A stretch of DNA of 64,000 nucleotides from Mobula hypostoma. Lineage: Eukaryota. Of the stretch, positions 1-11,789 are shown one piece after another (the stretch's first letter is position 1; every line of letters starts with the position of its first letter). Made by a program: the position numbers and the translations under genes. The stretch spans positions 235,602,001 through 235,666,000 of the forward strand of contig NC_086097.1 in NCBI RefSeq assembly GCF_963921235.1, written 5' to 3'. The notes below the pieces were generated by a model. That model did no database searches. It was given only the letters and a program-made list of their open reading frames with translations, and was not told where the DNA came from.

Positions 1-1
1 T

Positions 2-106
2 GTCTCGACTGAATTGCTACTGAGGAGGGTGAAGAATCAAAAAAAGAAGAGTTCACCTGCCGCAGTGCAGAAAGAGACTGACTGGTGTACAGATACACTG
101 GCTAAG
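2..106 (+). CDS. Candidate 3' part of a host coding exon (protein unidentified)
   Basis: Only frame 2 is open (VSTELLLRRVKNQKKKSSPAAVQKETDWCTDTLAK). It ends at AAG|GTAATC (donor at 107), and the sequence is non-repetitive. The acceptor lies outside the window. Confidence 0.3.
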
Positions 107-569
107 GTAATCAGCAAAAGCAGAAGCCAGGCACACTAACAGATTCTGAGCAGGACATGCTTTAATGACCAAGGAAGGTCAGGGAAGATAAGTATGTTTG
201 CACACTCATCAGCATCCTGTGTACCCAAACACCCTGCCTGCCTTGTCAAAACCTAATCCGTCAAATCTCTTCTCTCATCCACTGACCATGCAAGCACACT
301 GATCCTTCTGTAAATACGCATTTTTTTATACCCCTCTCCAGCAATAACCACTTGCTCTGATCCTAATGCAAGCAAATCTCTTTCAGAATTTGCTGTTTTC
401 TCCAAGACACCACATCCATTCGGTGAATTAGTGGCTTTACAGTTACTGATGCATTTGTTTTTCTCTGCTTTGAAAAGGAGTATGAGGGGAAAGTAGAGGA
501 CCCAAGGGGATTGTTTTTTTTTTGAGGAGCTGTTGTGTGACAAGCTCCTGTGTCGATGATGGTAAAATT

Positions 570-1140
570 CAAATATAAGAACAGAAATAGGAGCAGGGGT
601 AGGTCTTCTGGCCCATGGATCCTGCTCTGCCATTCAATAATCTAATTAATAACATATTTTATATAATTTTTTATAATAGTTGGGTGTTTTTTTTGTTGCA
701 TGTAATATCAACACACCACAGCAAATTCCTAACACGTAAATATCCACAGTGGATAAAGTTGATCCTCATGTACCTACTCACAAGTTTCTTAAATGTGCTT
801 AATGTTTCTGAATCCACTATTGCCCCTGGCAGGGCATTCTATGCCCCCACCAATCTCAGTGTAAAAACCTACCTCTGGCATTCCCCCTCCCCCCTATATT
901 TTCCTCCAAACACACTCAGGGCTGATCTGGCTGTGGACTCTTCTCCATCTTCCTATCTTTTCCTCATAACTCTTAATTCCCCTGCCAACCAAAAATCTAC
1001 CTAACTGTGTCTTAATAAGTAGCCTGTACTGCTTTCCTAGGCAGAGAATGGGTTCACTACTCTCTGAAACAAACTTTCTCTTCATCTCCATCCTAAGACT
1101 GTTCTCACATATCTTGAAGCTATGTCCCTGAGTTATAGAC
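570..1140 (-). mobile_element. Degraded CR1 LINE 3'-end fragments
   Basis: Reverse-strand CR1 3' UTR motif (agaacagaaataggagcagg...ggccc) plus degraded ORF2-terminal sequence resembling other CR1 copies in the window. Confidence 0.5.
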
Positions 1141-1535
1141 AGAATCAGATTTAGTATCACCGGCATATGTCATGAAATTTGTTAACTTTAAGGCGGCAGT
1201 ACAATGTCATACATGATAATAAATAAAGAGAAAAAATGTGAATTACAGAAAGGAGATATATATGTCTATTAAATAGTGAAGTTAAAATAAGTAATGCAAA
1301 AAAGAAGAAAAATAATGAGATTGTGTTCATGTGTTCAATGTCCATTTAGAAATCAGATGGCAGGGGGGAAGAAGCTGTGCCTAAATCACTGAGTGTGTGC
1401 CTTTAGATTTCTGTACCTCCTCCCTAACAGTAACAGTGTGAAGAGGGCGTGGTGGTCCTTAATGATGGACAATGGCTTCCAAAGGCACCGTTCCTTAATG
1501 ATATCTTGGATACTACGAAGGCTAGTATACCTGAT
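1141..1535 (-). mobile_element. Rex1/Babar-like LINE 3' end
   Basis: (agaatc) tail followed by 'atcaccggcatatgtcatgaaattt'; the same block recurs at about 38960 and 44487. Confidence 0.55.
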
Positions 1536-2461
1536 AGATAGTCTCTAATATAATAATAAATATATATATATAATTTTCACCATTTTACTAATTTTAAATG
1601 AGGTAAGTCTGCATATATTCTGTACTATAATTGCACATTCTTTAGGTGATGAGTTATTAAGACATAGAGTTGGATGATTTTATATTGGGAGATAAGACCA
1701 CTTTGCATACTCTATGTAATACAAAGGAGTTTTTTTTTCCATTTAATTATTACAAAGTGCGATGTGCAGTGATGACTGCACAAAAATGAAAAGCCCTTCA
1801 GTCAGTACAAGTTCTTCTTGAACTGGCAGCATCACCTGCTACAAACCTGGTTAGTGAATTTTGGCCTACAGCCCATCAACCATCCGCCTTTTGCAGGCCC
1901 CGCAGAAAAGATAACAAAGTAGGACAATTCTGTTATTGAGCTAATGGTAATTCTGAGGTCATGAGCCAGTTGAGTGGCAGGGGCGAGTCTCAATTTCTGC
2001 GAAGTTATTTATTCTCCAATTTGATTTGAATGAAACACCTCCACATCACAGGCAGGAAGGATTGAGCAAGGATTCTGATTGCTTATAATGTGATTAGTAT
2101 AAGATGAATGCATTCACATGGAAAATAAATATTATTATTTTAATTTAGATTAAGGCAATCCCCCTTAGCTGTGGTGCACACATTAACCTTTTATATTCCC
2201 CAAATGTCTATACATAATCCAACAGTCATAAATATTCCCTCACTGGAAGTTTTAATGGTGAAAATAAAATGTTCTTCTCGTGAGATTTCACCTGACTCAC
2301 AAAAATGCCCCTTGTAATTCTGCCAACATTTCCAAATCCCAAAACTGGAAGAGCTATTTATGTATGTACAACAAATCTAGATATCTATCCAATCATTATC
2401 AATTCTATCCAGTCATTTAAGAAAATGTATATAAAAAGTGCAGTGACTTAAAAAAAAACCA

Positions 2462-2845
2462 TTGATTCCTCTAACTTCCAGTAATTTTCTCCCTTCCTTT
2501 TCCTGTTCTTTCCATTCTCCACTCTGGCTCCCCTCTTACTCCTTATCTTCTCTTCACCTGCTTATTACCTCCCCTTGGTGCTCCGCCTCCTCTTGGTCCA
2601 CTCTTCTTCAGCCCTTTACCTTTTCCACCTACCACCTCCCAGCTTCTCACTTTATCCCCCTTCCCCACCTAGCTGGCTTCAGTTATCACCTTGTACTTGC
2701 ACTCCTTCCCTTCACCCAGCTTCTTATTGTGTCTGCTTACCCCTTCCCTTCCAGTCCTTTGAAGAGTCTTGGTCCAAAATGTTGACTGTTTATTCCTGTC
2801 CATTGATGCTGCCTGACCTATTGAGTTCCTGCAGCATTTTGTGAG
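2462..2845 (+). mobile_element. Penelope-like element terminal (pLTR) fragment with decayed hammerhead
   Basis: Pyrimidine-rich tract, then 'ccagtcctttgaagagtcttggtccaaaatgttgactg...gatgctgcctgacc...cagcattttgtg', homologous to the intact PLE ends at 20194-20532 and 39728-40215. Confidence 0.7.
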
Positions 2846-3270
2846 TTGAAAGCATTGCACAGGCAGAAGGGATTAGTGTGATTGGAATTTGAACATTGAT
2901 GCAATTAACTTAGCACAACATTGTGAGCGGAAGGGCCAGTTCCTATGTTCTCCATGTTCTGTGTAAATTTCTTCTTCCCAGGCGCTATCATGACTTGCTT
3001 CTACTCTGGGTTTCTGGGTTCTATGATGGATGGCTAATGAGGCCAGGTGAGGATGAAGGTACCAAATGATGACAGGTGAGTTTTCTATGAAATGGTGCAT
3101 TCCTCCTGCTTTTGATTGAGAAAGCTATGGTTTGTAATAGGTACCGCTTAGTGAATTTGTGTTGGAGTTGTTGCTCAGCGAAGATCAAGTCCTCTGTGTC
3201 TCTAGACAGAAGAATCAGTACTGTGATGTGGGAAAGAGGCATTTGGACGCTAGGATGAGATGGGTTAGGG

Positions 3271-3342
3271 TAGGGGCTCCCAATCATCGACCTCTCAGTT
3301 AATGGCACGGGTCCATGGCATAAAAAAGGTTGAGAATCCCTG
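3271..3342. mobile_element. Small hAT/Charlie-type MITE
   Basis: Imperfect TIRs taggggctcccaa / ttgagaatccctg, flanked by imperfect 8-bp repeats ggttaggg (3263-3270) and gtttagga (3343-3350). Confidence 0.5.
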
Positions 3343-4168
3343 GTTTAGGAGGTCTCTGGTGATACTTTCCTGTGGCAGCCAGAAGAAGTACTGTCTAAAT
3401 GAGGACATAGAAAAGTGGTCCAGAGTTCTCTTAAACATCAACCATGATGTGAATCTCAGATAGTATTGACAGCCAACTCCTAGCGCAGAAATAGTTACTA
3501 CAAGAGGGTATAAAGTTAAGATGATTGCAGAAAAGTATTGAGGGGTTGTGAGAGGTAATAATTTTACCCAGAGAGTAGTAGATGTGTGAATGCACTGCCA
3601 GGGTGGTGGTAGTAGATGCAGATACATTAGGGACATTTAAGACAATCTTAGTTAGGCTCATGGTTGGAAGAAGGTTATGCAAGAGGGGAGGTTAGATTGA
3701 TGATTAAAAGATCGACATAACATCATAGGCCAAAGGGCCTGTAGTGTGCCATTATGTTCTACGTGCTATATTCCAAGTCACCAAAAGAACATTTGATATG
3801 GTTTCAGACAAAGGTAAGAATATGATAGAATGAATGTTTAAAGAATTGAAAGGATCAAGAGAAATATTGGTTCAATGTACTGTCAGCATCCATGTTGAAT
3901 TCCAATTGCCCTCATTACAAATTTAATGAAACCACACAGGCACTTTGTAAAAGATCTGGAAAGTAGATGGGAAGTTGATGAATGATCAGTAAGTAAACAT
4001 AACTGCAAAGATACATTGGATATGACTCTTTTGACAATTACTTTAATAATTTTTCAGCCGTGGTTAAAACATTTATCTTGGAGAAAATGCCAATACATGA
4101 AGATGATAATATATTGTGTTTGCATTTATTCACTTTATACTTATCTTTGTTTTTTTGCGTTGTTCCAG

Positions 4169-4238
4169 GATTAGCCCTCCTTTCATCCATTACAATGATG
4201 GATATGCATTAAGTGATAGACAAACAGTTGACATTCAA
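4169..4238 (+). CDS. Candidate 70-nt internal coding exon (phase 2 to phase 0)
   Basis: Long polypyrimidine tract ending ttgttccAG at 4167-4168; open frame ISPPFIHYNDGYALSDRQTVDIQ; donor CAA|GTACGC at 4239; lies in unique DNA. Confidence 0.35.
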
Positions 4239-4499
4239 GTACGCAGCTTTTCCCTGATTACACTTTTTTTAAGCATATTGGGAAAGGTGTACATTTGGAA
4301 ATTGCACTTTGCATAAGTGAGTTTGCAGCATAATTTATGATAATGCCAGAGAGAGGCAACATCTTGCAAGCAGCTAGCAGCAAATAGTTTTGTACTTGAG
4401 ATTTCTTTTTATTTCTTTGTTCAACTATGTATGCCTGCAAGAAAATGAATCTCAAGGTAATATATGGTGACATGTACATAATTTGATAAATTTACTGAA

Positions 4500-5070
4500 G
4501 CAGGAAAGACTTCCTTTATCCCCACTCATTGCTTCTTACCAATTAGCCAATGCTTTACCAATGCTAGAATCTTTCCTGTAATACAGTGGGCTCATACCTT
4601 ATCAAACAGCCTCATGTGTGGCACCTTATCAAAGGCCTTCTGAAAATCCAAGTACACAACATCAACCAATTCTCCTTTGTCTATCTTGCTTGTTACTTCT
4701 TCAAAGCATTTTAACAGATTTGCCAGACAAGATTTTCCCCTGAGGAAACCATGTCGACCATGGCCCATCTTATTATGCTCCTCCAAGTACCCTGAGACCG
4801 TATCCTTAATAATTGACTCCAACATCTTCCCAACTACTGAGGTCAGACTAACTGGCCTATAGTTTCCTTTCTTCTGCCTCTCTCACCTCTTGAAGAGTGG
4901 AATGACATTTGCAATTTTCCAGTCTTCCGGAAACATTCCAAAATCAAGTGATTCTTGAAAGATCATTAATAATGCCTCTACGATATCTTCAGCCACCTCT
5001 TTCAGAACTCTCGGGTTTACACCATCTGGTCCAGGTAACTTCAGACCTTTCAGTTTCCCAAGAACCTTCT
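4500..5070 (-). mobile_element. CR1 LINE RT fragment
   Basis: ORFs 4592-4825 and 4883-5119 encode HGFLRGKSCLANL, VDVVYLDFQKAFDKVPH and PEDWKIANVIPLFK, all CR1 ORF2 motifs. Confidence 0.9.
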
Positions 5071-6159
5071 CTTTAGACAGATTGGGAGAATGGGCAGGAA
5101 AGTGGCAAATGAAATACAATGTTGGAAATCTATAGTCTGGGAAAGTAACTGCAGTGCAGTTTGTAGGCGCTTACACACTGCAACCTCTAAGGTAGTGGGA
5201 AGTTTCTGAGTGCAACATCTTGGAGGATCCACCCTGTGCCCAACCCATCGATGCAAAACAAAGAAGGCATAACAGTTCTTGTCATAAGTTTGTGGCTCGC
5301 CATAGCGCATTGGGCATCTAGATTTCTCTAGCACTTGTATTTACTAATTAATGGCTTAATAACAGTCATTAAGCCCTTGTGTTTTCTGTTTAATCTGGTT
5401 AAGTTCATTGTGACTGGCTTGGGCTCCCTGCATGCTATGACTATTGAAAGGGGGCTCTTGTTTAGTGATGTGGTGGAGTCCTTGTGGGTTTGTGGAGAAT
5501 GTTTTTTCTTGTGGTGTTGCTTGGTTGTGCCTCCAGTGCTCTGTTGATAACCTTCGGTTTCTATCTCTTCATGTGGAGTCTGCTGTTCATCCACACCTGG
5601 GTCCAGTCCTGCCAGTGACCATTGTGACAGGTTCTACTTCATTAGGAGTTTTAGGAGATTCAGTCTGTGACCAAAGATGCTTAACAAATTTCTACAGATG
5701 TAGAGCGGAATGCATTCTGACTGGTTGCATCAGTGCCTGGTATAGGGGCACCAATGCACAGAATCCTAATTCTACCTTGGATTATATTTCCCTCAAGTTG
5801 CACTAATAATATGTTTATTTTTGTGTATCTTGTCACGTAAGTTTTATGTAATTTATGTTAATTTTTATTTCTCATATTTGTAATATACTGTGCTGATGCT
5901 GGCAAGAAAGCTCACTTTCATGATATTTATACTGAGTGTAGATGTCCATGAAAACAAACATGAAATTATAACTGATCCTAAGCTCCTTCTTTCTGATGAG
6001 GATGTTGGTGATCTGATTGAAAGATTCACAAATACCACTTTAAGACAATCAGCAAATGAACTGCACTAAGTATTTTGCATCAGTCTTTATTGTAGAAGAC
6101 ACTCGCAGTATGGTGGAAGTTCCAGGTGTCAGGTGCATTAAGTGTGTGAAGTTGCTATA

Positions 6160-6680
6160 AAACCATAAGGCATAGGACTAGAATTAGGCCATTTGGCCCA
6201 TCGAGTCTGCTCCACCATTCAATTATGGCTGATCCTTTTTTCCCTCCTCTGCCCACTCCCTAGTGTTCTCTCCATAACCTTTGATGCAGTGTCTAATCAA
6301 GAACTTATCGAGTTCTGCTTTAAGTACACCCAATGACCCGGCTTCCACCGCTGCCTGTGGTAATAAATTCCACAAATTCACCACCCTTTGGCCAAAGAAA
6401 TTTCTCCACATCTCTATTTTAAATGCATATCCCTCTATCTTGAGGCTGTTGCTCTTGTCCTAAAGTCCACCACTATGGGAAAAATCCTTTCCATATCTGC
6501 TCTGTCTAGACTCTTCAACATCCAAAAGGTTTCAATGAGATTCCCCCTCACTCTTCTAAATTCCAGCGAGTACGGAGCCAGATCTATCAAACCTTCCTTG
6601 TATGTTAACATTTTCATTCGAAGATTCATCCCTGTGAACCTCCTCTGAACCCTCTCCAACGCCAGCACATCTTTTATTTT
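6160..6680 (-). mobile_element. CR1 LINE 3' fragment
   Basis: ERVQRRFT, SLEFRRVRGNLIET and FFGQRVVNLWN motifs, plus the CR1 3' UTR. Confidence 0.85.
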
Positions 6681-6789
6681 GCAGTGATTTAGAACATAGA
6701 AATAGAACACATAGTACAGTACAATACAATCCTTTCGGTCCACAATGTTGTGCTGATTTTTTAACCTCTTCCAAGATCCATTTCCTCCG

Positions 6790-7260
6790 TTTGAAGGAAC
6801 AAAACTTCATATTCCATCTGGGTCGCCTCAATTTGATGGCTTGAATAATTAACATCTAGTAATTTCTGGCCTTCTCTGTCTCAATTTTTTTTGCATTCCC
6901 CATAAGTAATGCCTGTTTCTCCAATATTGGTGTACAACAGAAGTTATACACCTTACTCCCCCTTCTCTCTTTATCCATTCCCCATTATGGCTTTTCTCTC
7001 ACCCCTTCTCTTCTCCTTACCTGCCCATTTCCTCCCTCTGGACGATTTTCTTCTGCTATTAGATTTTTTCTTCTTCAGTCCTTTACCTCTTCCACCCATC
7101 ACTTCCCAGCTTCTTACTTCATCCCGTCTCACACGCCCATTCTCTTTCCTCCACACCTGATCTCACCTATCACCTGCCATCTTGTACTCCTTTCCCTCCC
7201 CCCATCAATCTTATTCTGGCTTCTTATCCCTTTCTTCCAGTCACAACCCAAAATGTTGAC
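6790..7260 (+). mobile_element. Penelope-like element 3' fragment
   Basis: Degenerate version of the PLE C-terminus (LEEQHLIFRLGSLQP...NIDFSNF, seen intact at 39553-39725), followed by the pyrimidine-rich pLTR. Confidence 0.65.
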
Positions 7261-7261
7261 G

Positions 7262-7782
7262 TCCATGCTGATGATGCTGAGGATGTTCTAAGAGTCTGTG
7301 GTGGCCAATGCGATCATGTTTGCTGTTGTGTGCTGGGGTAGCAGACACCAACAGAATCAATAAACCCATTCGTAAGGCCAGTGATGTTGTGGGGATGGAA
7401 CTGGACTCTCTGATGGTGGTGTCTGAAAAGAGAATGCTGTCCAATTTGCATGCCATCTTGGACAATGTCTCCCATCCACTACATAATGTACTGGTTGGGC
7501 ACAGGAATACATTCAGCCAGAGACTCATTCCACCGAGATGCAACACTGAGCATCATAGGAAGTCATTCCTGCCTGTGGCCATCAAACTTTACAACTCCTC
7601 CCTTAGAGGGTCAGACACCCTGAGCCAATAGGCTGGTCCTGGACTTATTTCCTGGCATAATTTACATATTACTATTTAACTATTTGTGGTTTTATTACTA
7701 TTTAATTATTTATGGTGCAACTGTAACGAAAACCAATTTCCCCCGGGATCAATAAAGTATGACTATGACTATGACTATGACA
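7262..7782 (+). mobile_element. Rex1/Babar LINE 3' end with (gactat)n tail
   Basis: ORF 7308-7631 (AILDNVSHPLH...RKSFLPVAIKLYN), AATAAA and a microsatellite tail. A close relative lies on the - strand at about 30245-30415. Confidence 0.8.
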
Positions 7783-8309
7783 TTCCCTGACGAATCAGGA
7801 ATCTATCAATGTCTGCCTTAAATATACATAAAGACTTGGCCTACACAGATGAATTCCACAGATTCACCACTTTCTGGCTAAAGAAATTCCTCTTCATCTT
7901 TGTTCTAAAGGGATACCTCTCTATTCTGAGGCTGTATTCTCACAGTAACACAAGGATCTCTTGTGCTCTGCCCCTCATAACCATTTTTCTTTCATCCTTG
8001 TGCCTAAGAGTCTCTTAAATGTCCCTTATATATCTGCCTCTATCACCACCTCTGCCAGCACGTTTCATTGACCCACCACTCTCTGTGTAGAAAACCTATC
8101 TCTGTCATCCCCCTGTACCTTCATCCAATCACCGAAAACCTACACCCCCTTGTTTTAACCATAGCTGCCTTGGCAAGAAGGCACTGGTTGTCTACTTTGT
8201 GTGGTTTTCACCAAATGTGCTTGCTCTCAAGCAGAGAGCTGTCTGTAAGGAGTTTGTAAGTGTTATAGAGAAATTACGTTAGCAGCAACCTAATTACATT
8301 GGAATTAGC

Positions 8310-8610
8310 GGTACTCCTTCTTCCCTTTCTTTATGGACTTTTACACTCTACTATCAGATTCCCCCTTCTCCAGCCCTTTATCTCTTTCACCAATCAATTT
8401 CCCAGCTCTTTACTTCACCCCCCTCCTCCTCTCCTGATTTCACCTGTCACCTACCATCTTGTACTCCTTCCTCCCCTCCCCCCACCATCTTGCTATGACT
8501 TCTCATCTTTTGTACCAGTCCCGATGAAGGGTCTCAGCCTGTAATGCTGGCTGTTTACTGTCTTCCGTAGATGCTTCCTGGCCTGCCGAGTTGCTCCAGC
8601 ATTTTGTGTG
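8310..8610 (+). mobile_element. Penelope-like pLTR fragment with decayed hammerhead
   Basis: 'cagtcccgatgaagggtctcagcctgtaatg...gatgcttcctggcctgccgagttgctccagcattttgtgtg', homologous to other PLE ends. Confidence 0.7.
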
Positions 8611-9383
8611 CATTAATTACCTTAACGGTTTCTTTTCCCATGGGAGGCAGTGACTGATGCCATCTGCTGAAGGCTAACCTGTGGAAAATGTCAATAGCAC
8701 AGCCAGGAAAACAGACGACCATGAACCCAACCACTGTAGAAAGTGCCAGTGCCTTTAGCTTCTTCCAAATAACTGCCAAGCACAGATGCAAAACTGATTG
8801 AGTGGAAGCTCATAGATGCATCAGATAAGTAACTGAGGGAGAGCACCTTCATCATGCTCCACCTGAATCTTGGTAACAGTCTGCTGTGCAGTAAAGCAAC
8901 CCCCAGTGTGCAAAGCATTACTGATGGACCCATGTGCTCATCCAAGCTCCTGTACACCCAGTTGACGGCATTCCCGAACAGCACTCCATCAATATGAAAC
9001 CGCTCAGTTGCAAGTGACAAAGGATCAGGAAGATGAATGTCCACTGACCAGCCATCAATCAAATTTAGTTATTTCAGGCAACTTACTGTGCCTGGATTTT
9101 CAGAAGGAAAAGGTAATCTGTTAGAATAGACCTAAGAAGACAAAGCTTCACCAGTGAACCTCACTCATCTTACATTTGCAGTGGCTTGGTTCTGCAAGAA
9201 CAGCAGAACCCATGAGGCCAATAGGAACTTACTGAGTGTATAATAACAAAGTTTCTGGTTTCTGCTCACCCATCTGATGCATTAGTTTCAACTGGGGCTC
9301 CATGAAAGTCCTTGATCTCAATTTATATTTTTCTGGGCAGAATGAGAAAAAACTCTTTTTCCTTTGCATTGACTGTCTTAACC

Positions 9384-9636
9384 GCTCTCTCTTTTTCTCT
9401 TTCATTTTCTCTCTCTCTCCCTAGAGTGCTCTCTCCTTCTCCGTATCTCTGTCTGCTTCTCTCTCACTCCATTTCACTCTGTCTCTGTCTGTGTCGCTGT
9501 CTGTCTCTCTGCCTCTCTCTCACTCTCGCTTTCTCTTTGTCTCCTTGTCTCTGTCTGTCCTTCTCTCTCTGTCTCTGTGTTGCTGTCTGTCTGTCCTTCT
9601 CTCTCTCTCTCTCTCGCCCTCTTTTGCCCTCTCTAT
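9384..9636. repeat. Imperfect (CT)n/(CTGT)n simple repeat
   Basis: Directly visible low-complexity pyrimidine tract. Confidence 0.95.
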
Positions 9637-9696
9637 CTTGCAGTAATTTACTTGTTGCATGGCTCTGTCGATTTAAACCATATCATTATTCTGCAG

Positions 9697-9880
9697 CATA
9701 GTAGCGTAGTGCTTAGAACAATGCTTTATAGTACCAGCGATCCAGGTTCAATTCCCACTGCTGTCTGTAAGGAGTTTGTATGTTTTCCCTTTGATCTCAT
9801 TGGTTTCCTCCTCTAGTCAAAAGGTGTACCTGTTGGCAGGTTAATTGTTCACTGTAACCTGTCCTGTGATTAGGCTGGCA
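9697..9880 (+). mobile_element. tRNA-derived V-SINE (HE1-like)
   Basis: A-box-like TAGCGTAGTGC, B-box GGTTCAATTCC, and V-domain-like 'ctgtaaggagtttgtatgtt...ggtttcctc'. Confidence 0.75.
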
Positions 9881-10699
9881 TTAAATTGGGTTCGGGGTTG
9901 TGCACCATATTTCTTGAACCAAAGATCACTAAGCCATTATGCAGATTAGCAAAAAAATATCTCGATAAAGTCCAGAAGAGTTGGACAACATAATCATTAT
10001 TATGGTATTTAGACATCCTCTCCTTCAATTTCACACTGCACAGCTGCATTAACAAAATGTAAGTGCTTACATTAATTAAAAAGCTTCCGAGCTTAAACGA
10101 CGATGATTTTTTATTACAATTGCCCCGTGATTGGCTGATCTTGTTTGCAACACATAAGGAATCATAATGATCACATGCCTCAGAATTGAGAGTTTATTCA
10201 TCAACATTTGGAGATTATTAAGAGAAAGCAAGCCTCTCCAGATTTAATAAGTTGTCTAACTATATAATTATGGAGCGTTAGGCATATCATGGATTGATTT
10301 TACAGTGTAGTGCAATTAGGCACACAAAAATAGTTGTATTTTAAATTGATTCAAATATTGCTTTCATAATTATAGAGAGTAAATGATTGGATATTGCTAG
10401 ACTATTGCTGGATTTCTGATAGCATTGACATGGCAAGCCAATGGGCTGGTTTCTGTGCCATATGTCTTAATGACTCTATGAAAGTTTCAGGGAAGTAACT
10501 AGTCACTTTGCTCATTGTTCATTGAAACAATGCTTTGGAAGACCTGTCGATTTATAGTTACACAGAGAACTAAGCACATAGAACAGTATAGTACTGGATA
10601 GGCCATTCAGCCCACGTTGTTGACTGTTCGCAATATAGCCCGGTATTGAAACACCAATGCCCTTGAACATAAGATCCTACAAAAATTAGTGGATATGGC

Positions 10700-11190
10700 C
10701 CTGTTCATCACTGGTAAGGCACCCCCCGCCCCCCCCCCACACTGAGCACATCTACACAGAGCATTGCTGCAGGAAAACAGCATCCATTATCAAGGAACCC
10801 CACCACCCAGGCGATGCTCTCTTATCATTGCTGCCATTAGGAAGAAGGTACGAAATGCACCACCAGGTTCAGGAAAAATTATTACCCCTGAATCATCAGG
10901 CTCTTGGACCAGTGGGACAATTCACTCAATCTTTCATTGAACTGTTCCCACAATCTACGAATCACTTTAACGGACTCTTCATCATATGTTCTTGATATTT
11001 ATTCTTATTATTTTTGGCATTTGCATCGTTTGTTGTCTTTTACACATCAGTTGTTTGTCTGTCCTATTGGGTGCAGGCTTTCATTGATTTTATTATGTTT
11101 CCTGGATTTACTGAGTATCTGGGTTGTATGTGGTGACATATATGTACTTTGATAATCAATTTACTTTGAACTTTGAACTTGAACTTTGTT
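10700..11190 (+). mobile_element. Rex1/Babar-like LINE 3' end with (ttgaac)n tail
   Basis: 'gcagcatccattatcaagga.ccccacc...ctgccattaggaagaaggtac' block shared with 23150-23260 and 48470-48600. Confidence 0.7.
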
Positions 11191-11299
11191 GTGTTGATCT
11201 TAACGCCAATTTTTACAAATGTTAAATGGTTTCCTAGTAACCATTTACCATTTATAAAAATTGGTATCAAGATGGACTCTTGACCTCACCATTTTATAT

Positions 11300-11570
11300 T
11301 TTATTTTATTGAGATAACGCGGAACGGGCCCTATGAGCTACTCCGTCCGGCAATCCCCCAATTTAATTCTAGCCTAATCATGGGACAAGTTACAATGACC
11401 AATTAACCTCCCAACCAGTACGTCTTTGGACTGTGTGAGGAAACCAGAGCACCCGGAGGAAACCCACACAGGAGAACATACAAACTCCTTATAGGCCGCT
11501 AGAGGAATTGAACCCAGGTTGCTTATATTGTAAAGCGTTGTGCTAACAATTATGCTCTCATGCCATCCCA
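11300..11570 (-). mobile_element. V-SINE (HE1-like)
   Basis: Reverse strand gives B-box gggttcaattcc and V-domain 'gggtttcctccgggtgctctggtttcctcacacagtccaaagacgt'. Confidence 0.8.
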
Positions 11571-11789
11571 ACAACATACCTCACTATGAATTTGCACCTT
11601 ACTATTTACCTGCACTGCACTTTCTGTGTAGCTGATACACTTTATTTTACATTGTTACTATTTCACCTTGTTCTACCTCAATGCACTGTGTTCGATATGA
11701 TCTGCATGAACATTGTACAAAACAAGCTTTTCACTGTATCTTGGTACATGTGACAATAATAAACTTATTCCAATTCCAGTTCCTGCTGT

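Noticed and set aside
253..1004. ORFs of 126 aa (-) and 129 aa (+)
   Set aside because: They overlap degraded CR1 sequence and low-complexity AT tracts, with no recognisable domain.
4058..4168. Extra exon 4058-4115 joined in frame to 4169
   Set aside because: It would need a 53-nt intron with a poor donor (GTGTTT); implausible in a vertebrate.
8620..9115. Unique balanced-GC stretch with a 123-aa - strand ORF and a donor-like AAG|GTAATC at about 9113
   Set aside because: No recognisable protein, stops in all + frames upstream and a weak acceptor; cannot be supported as an exon.
9312..9701. 129-aa Leu/Ser/Cys-rich ORF
   Set aside because: Translation of a CT microsatellite.
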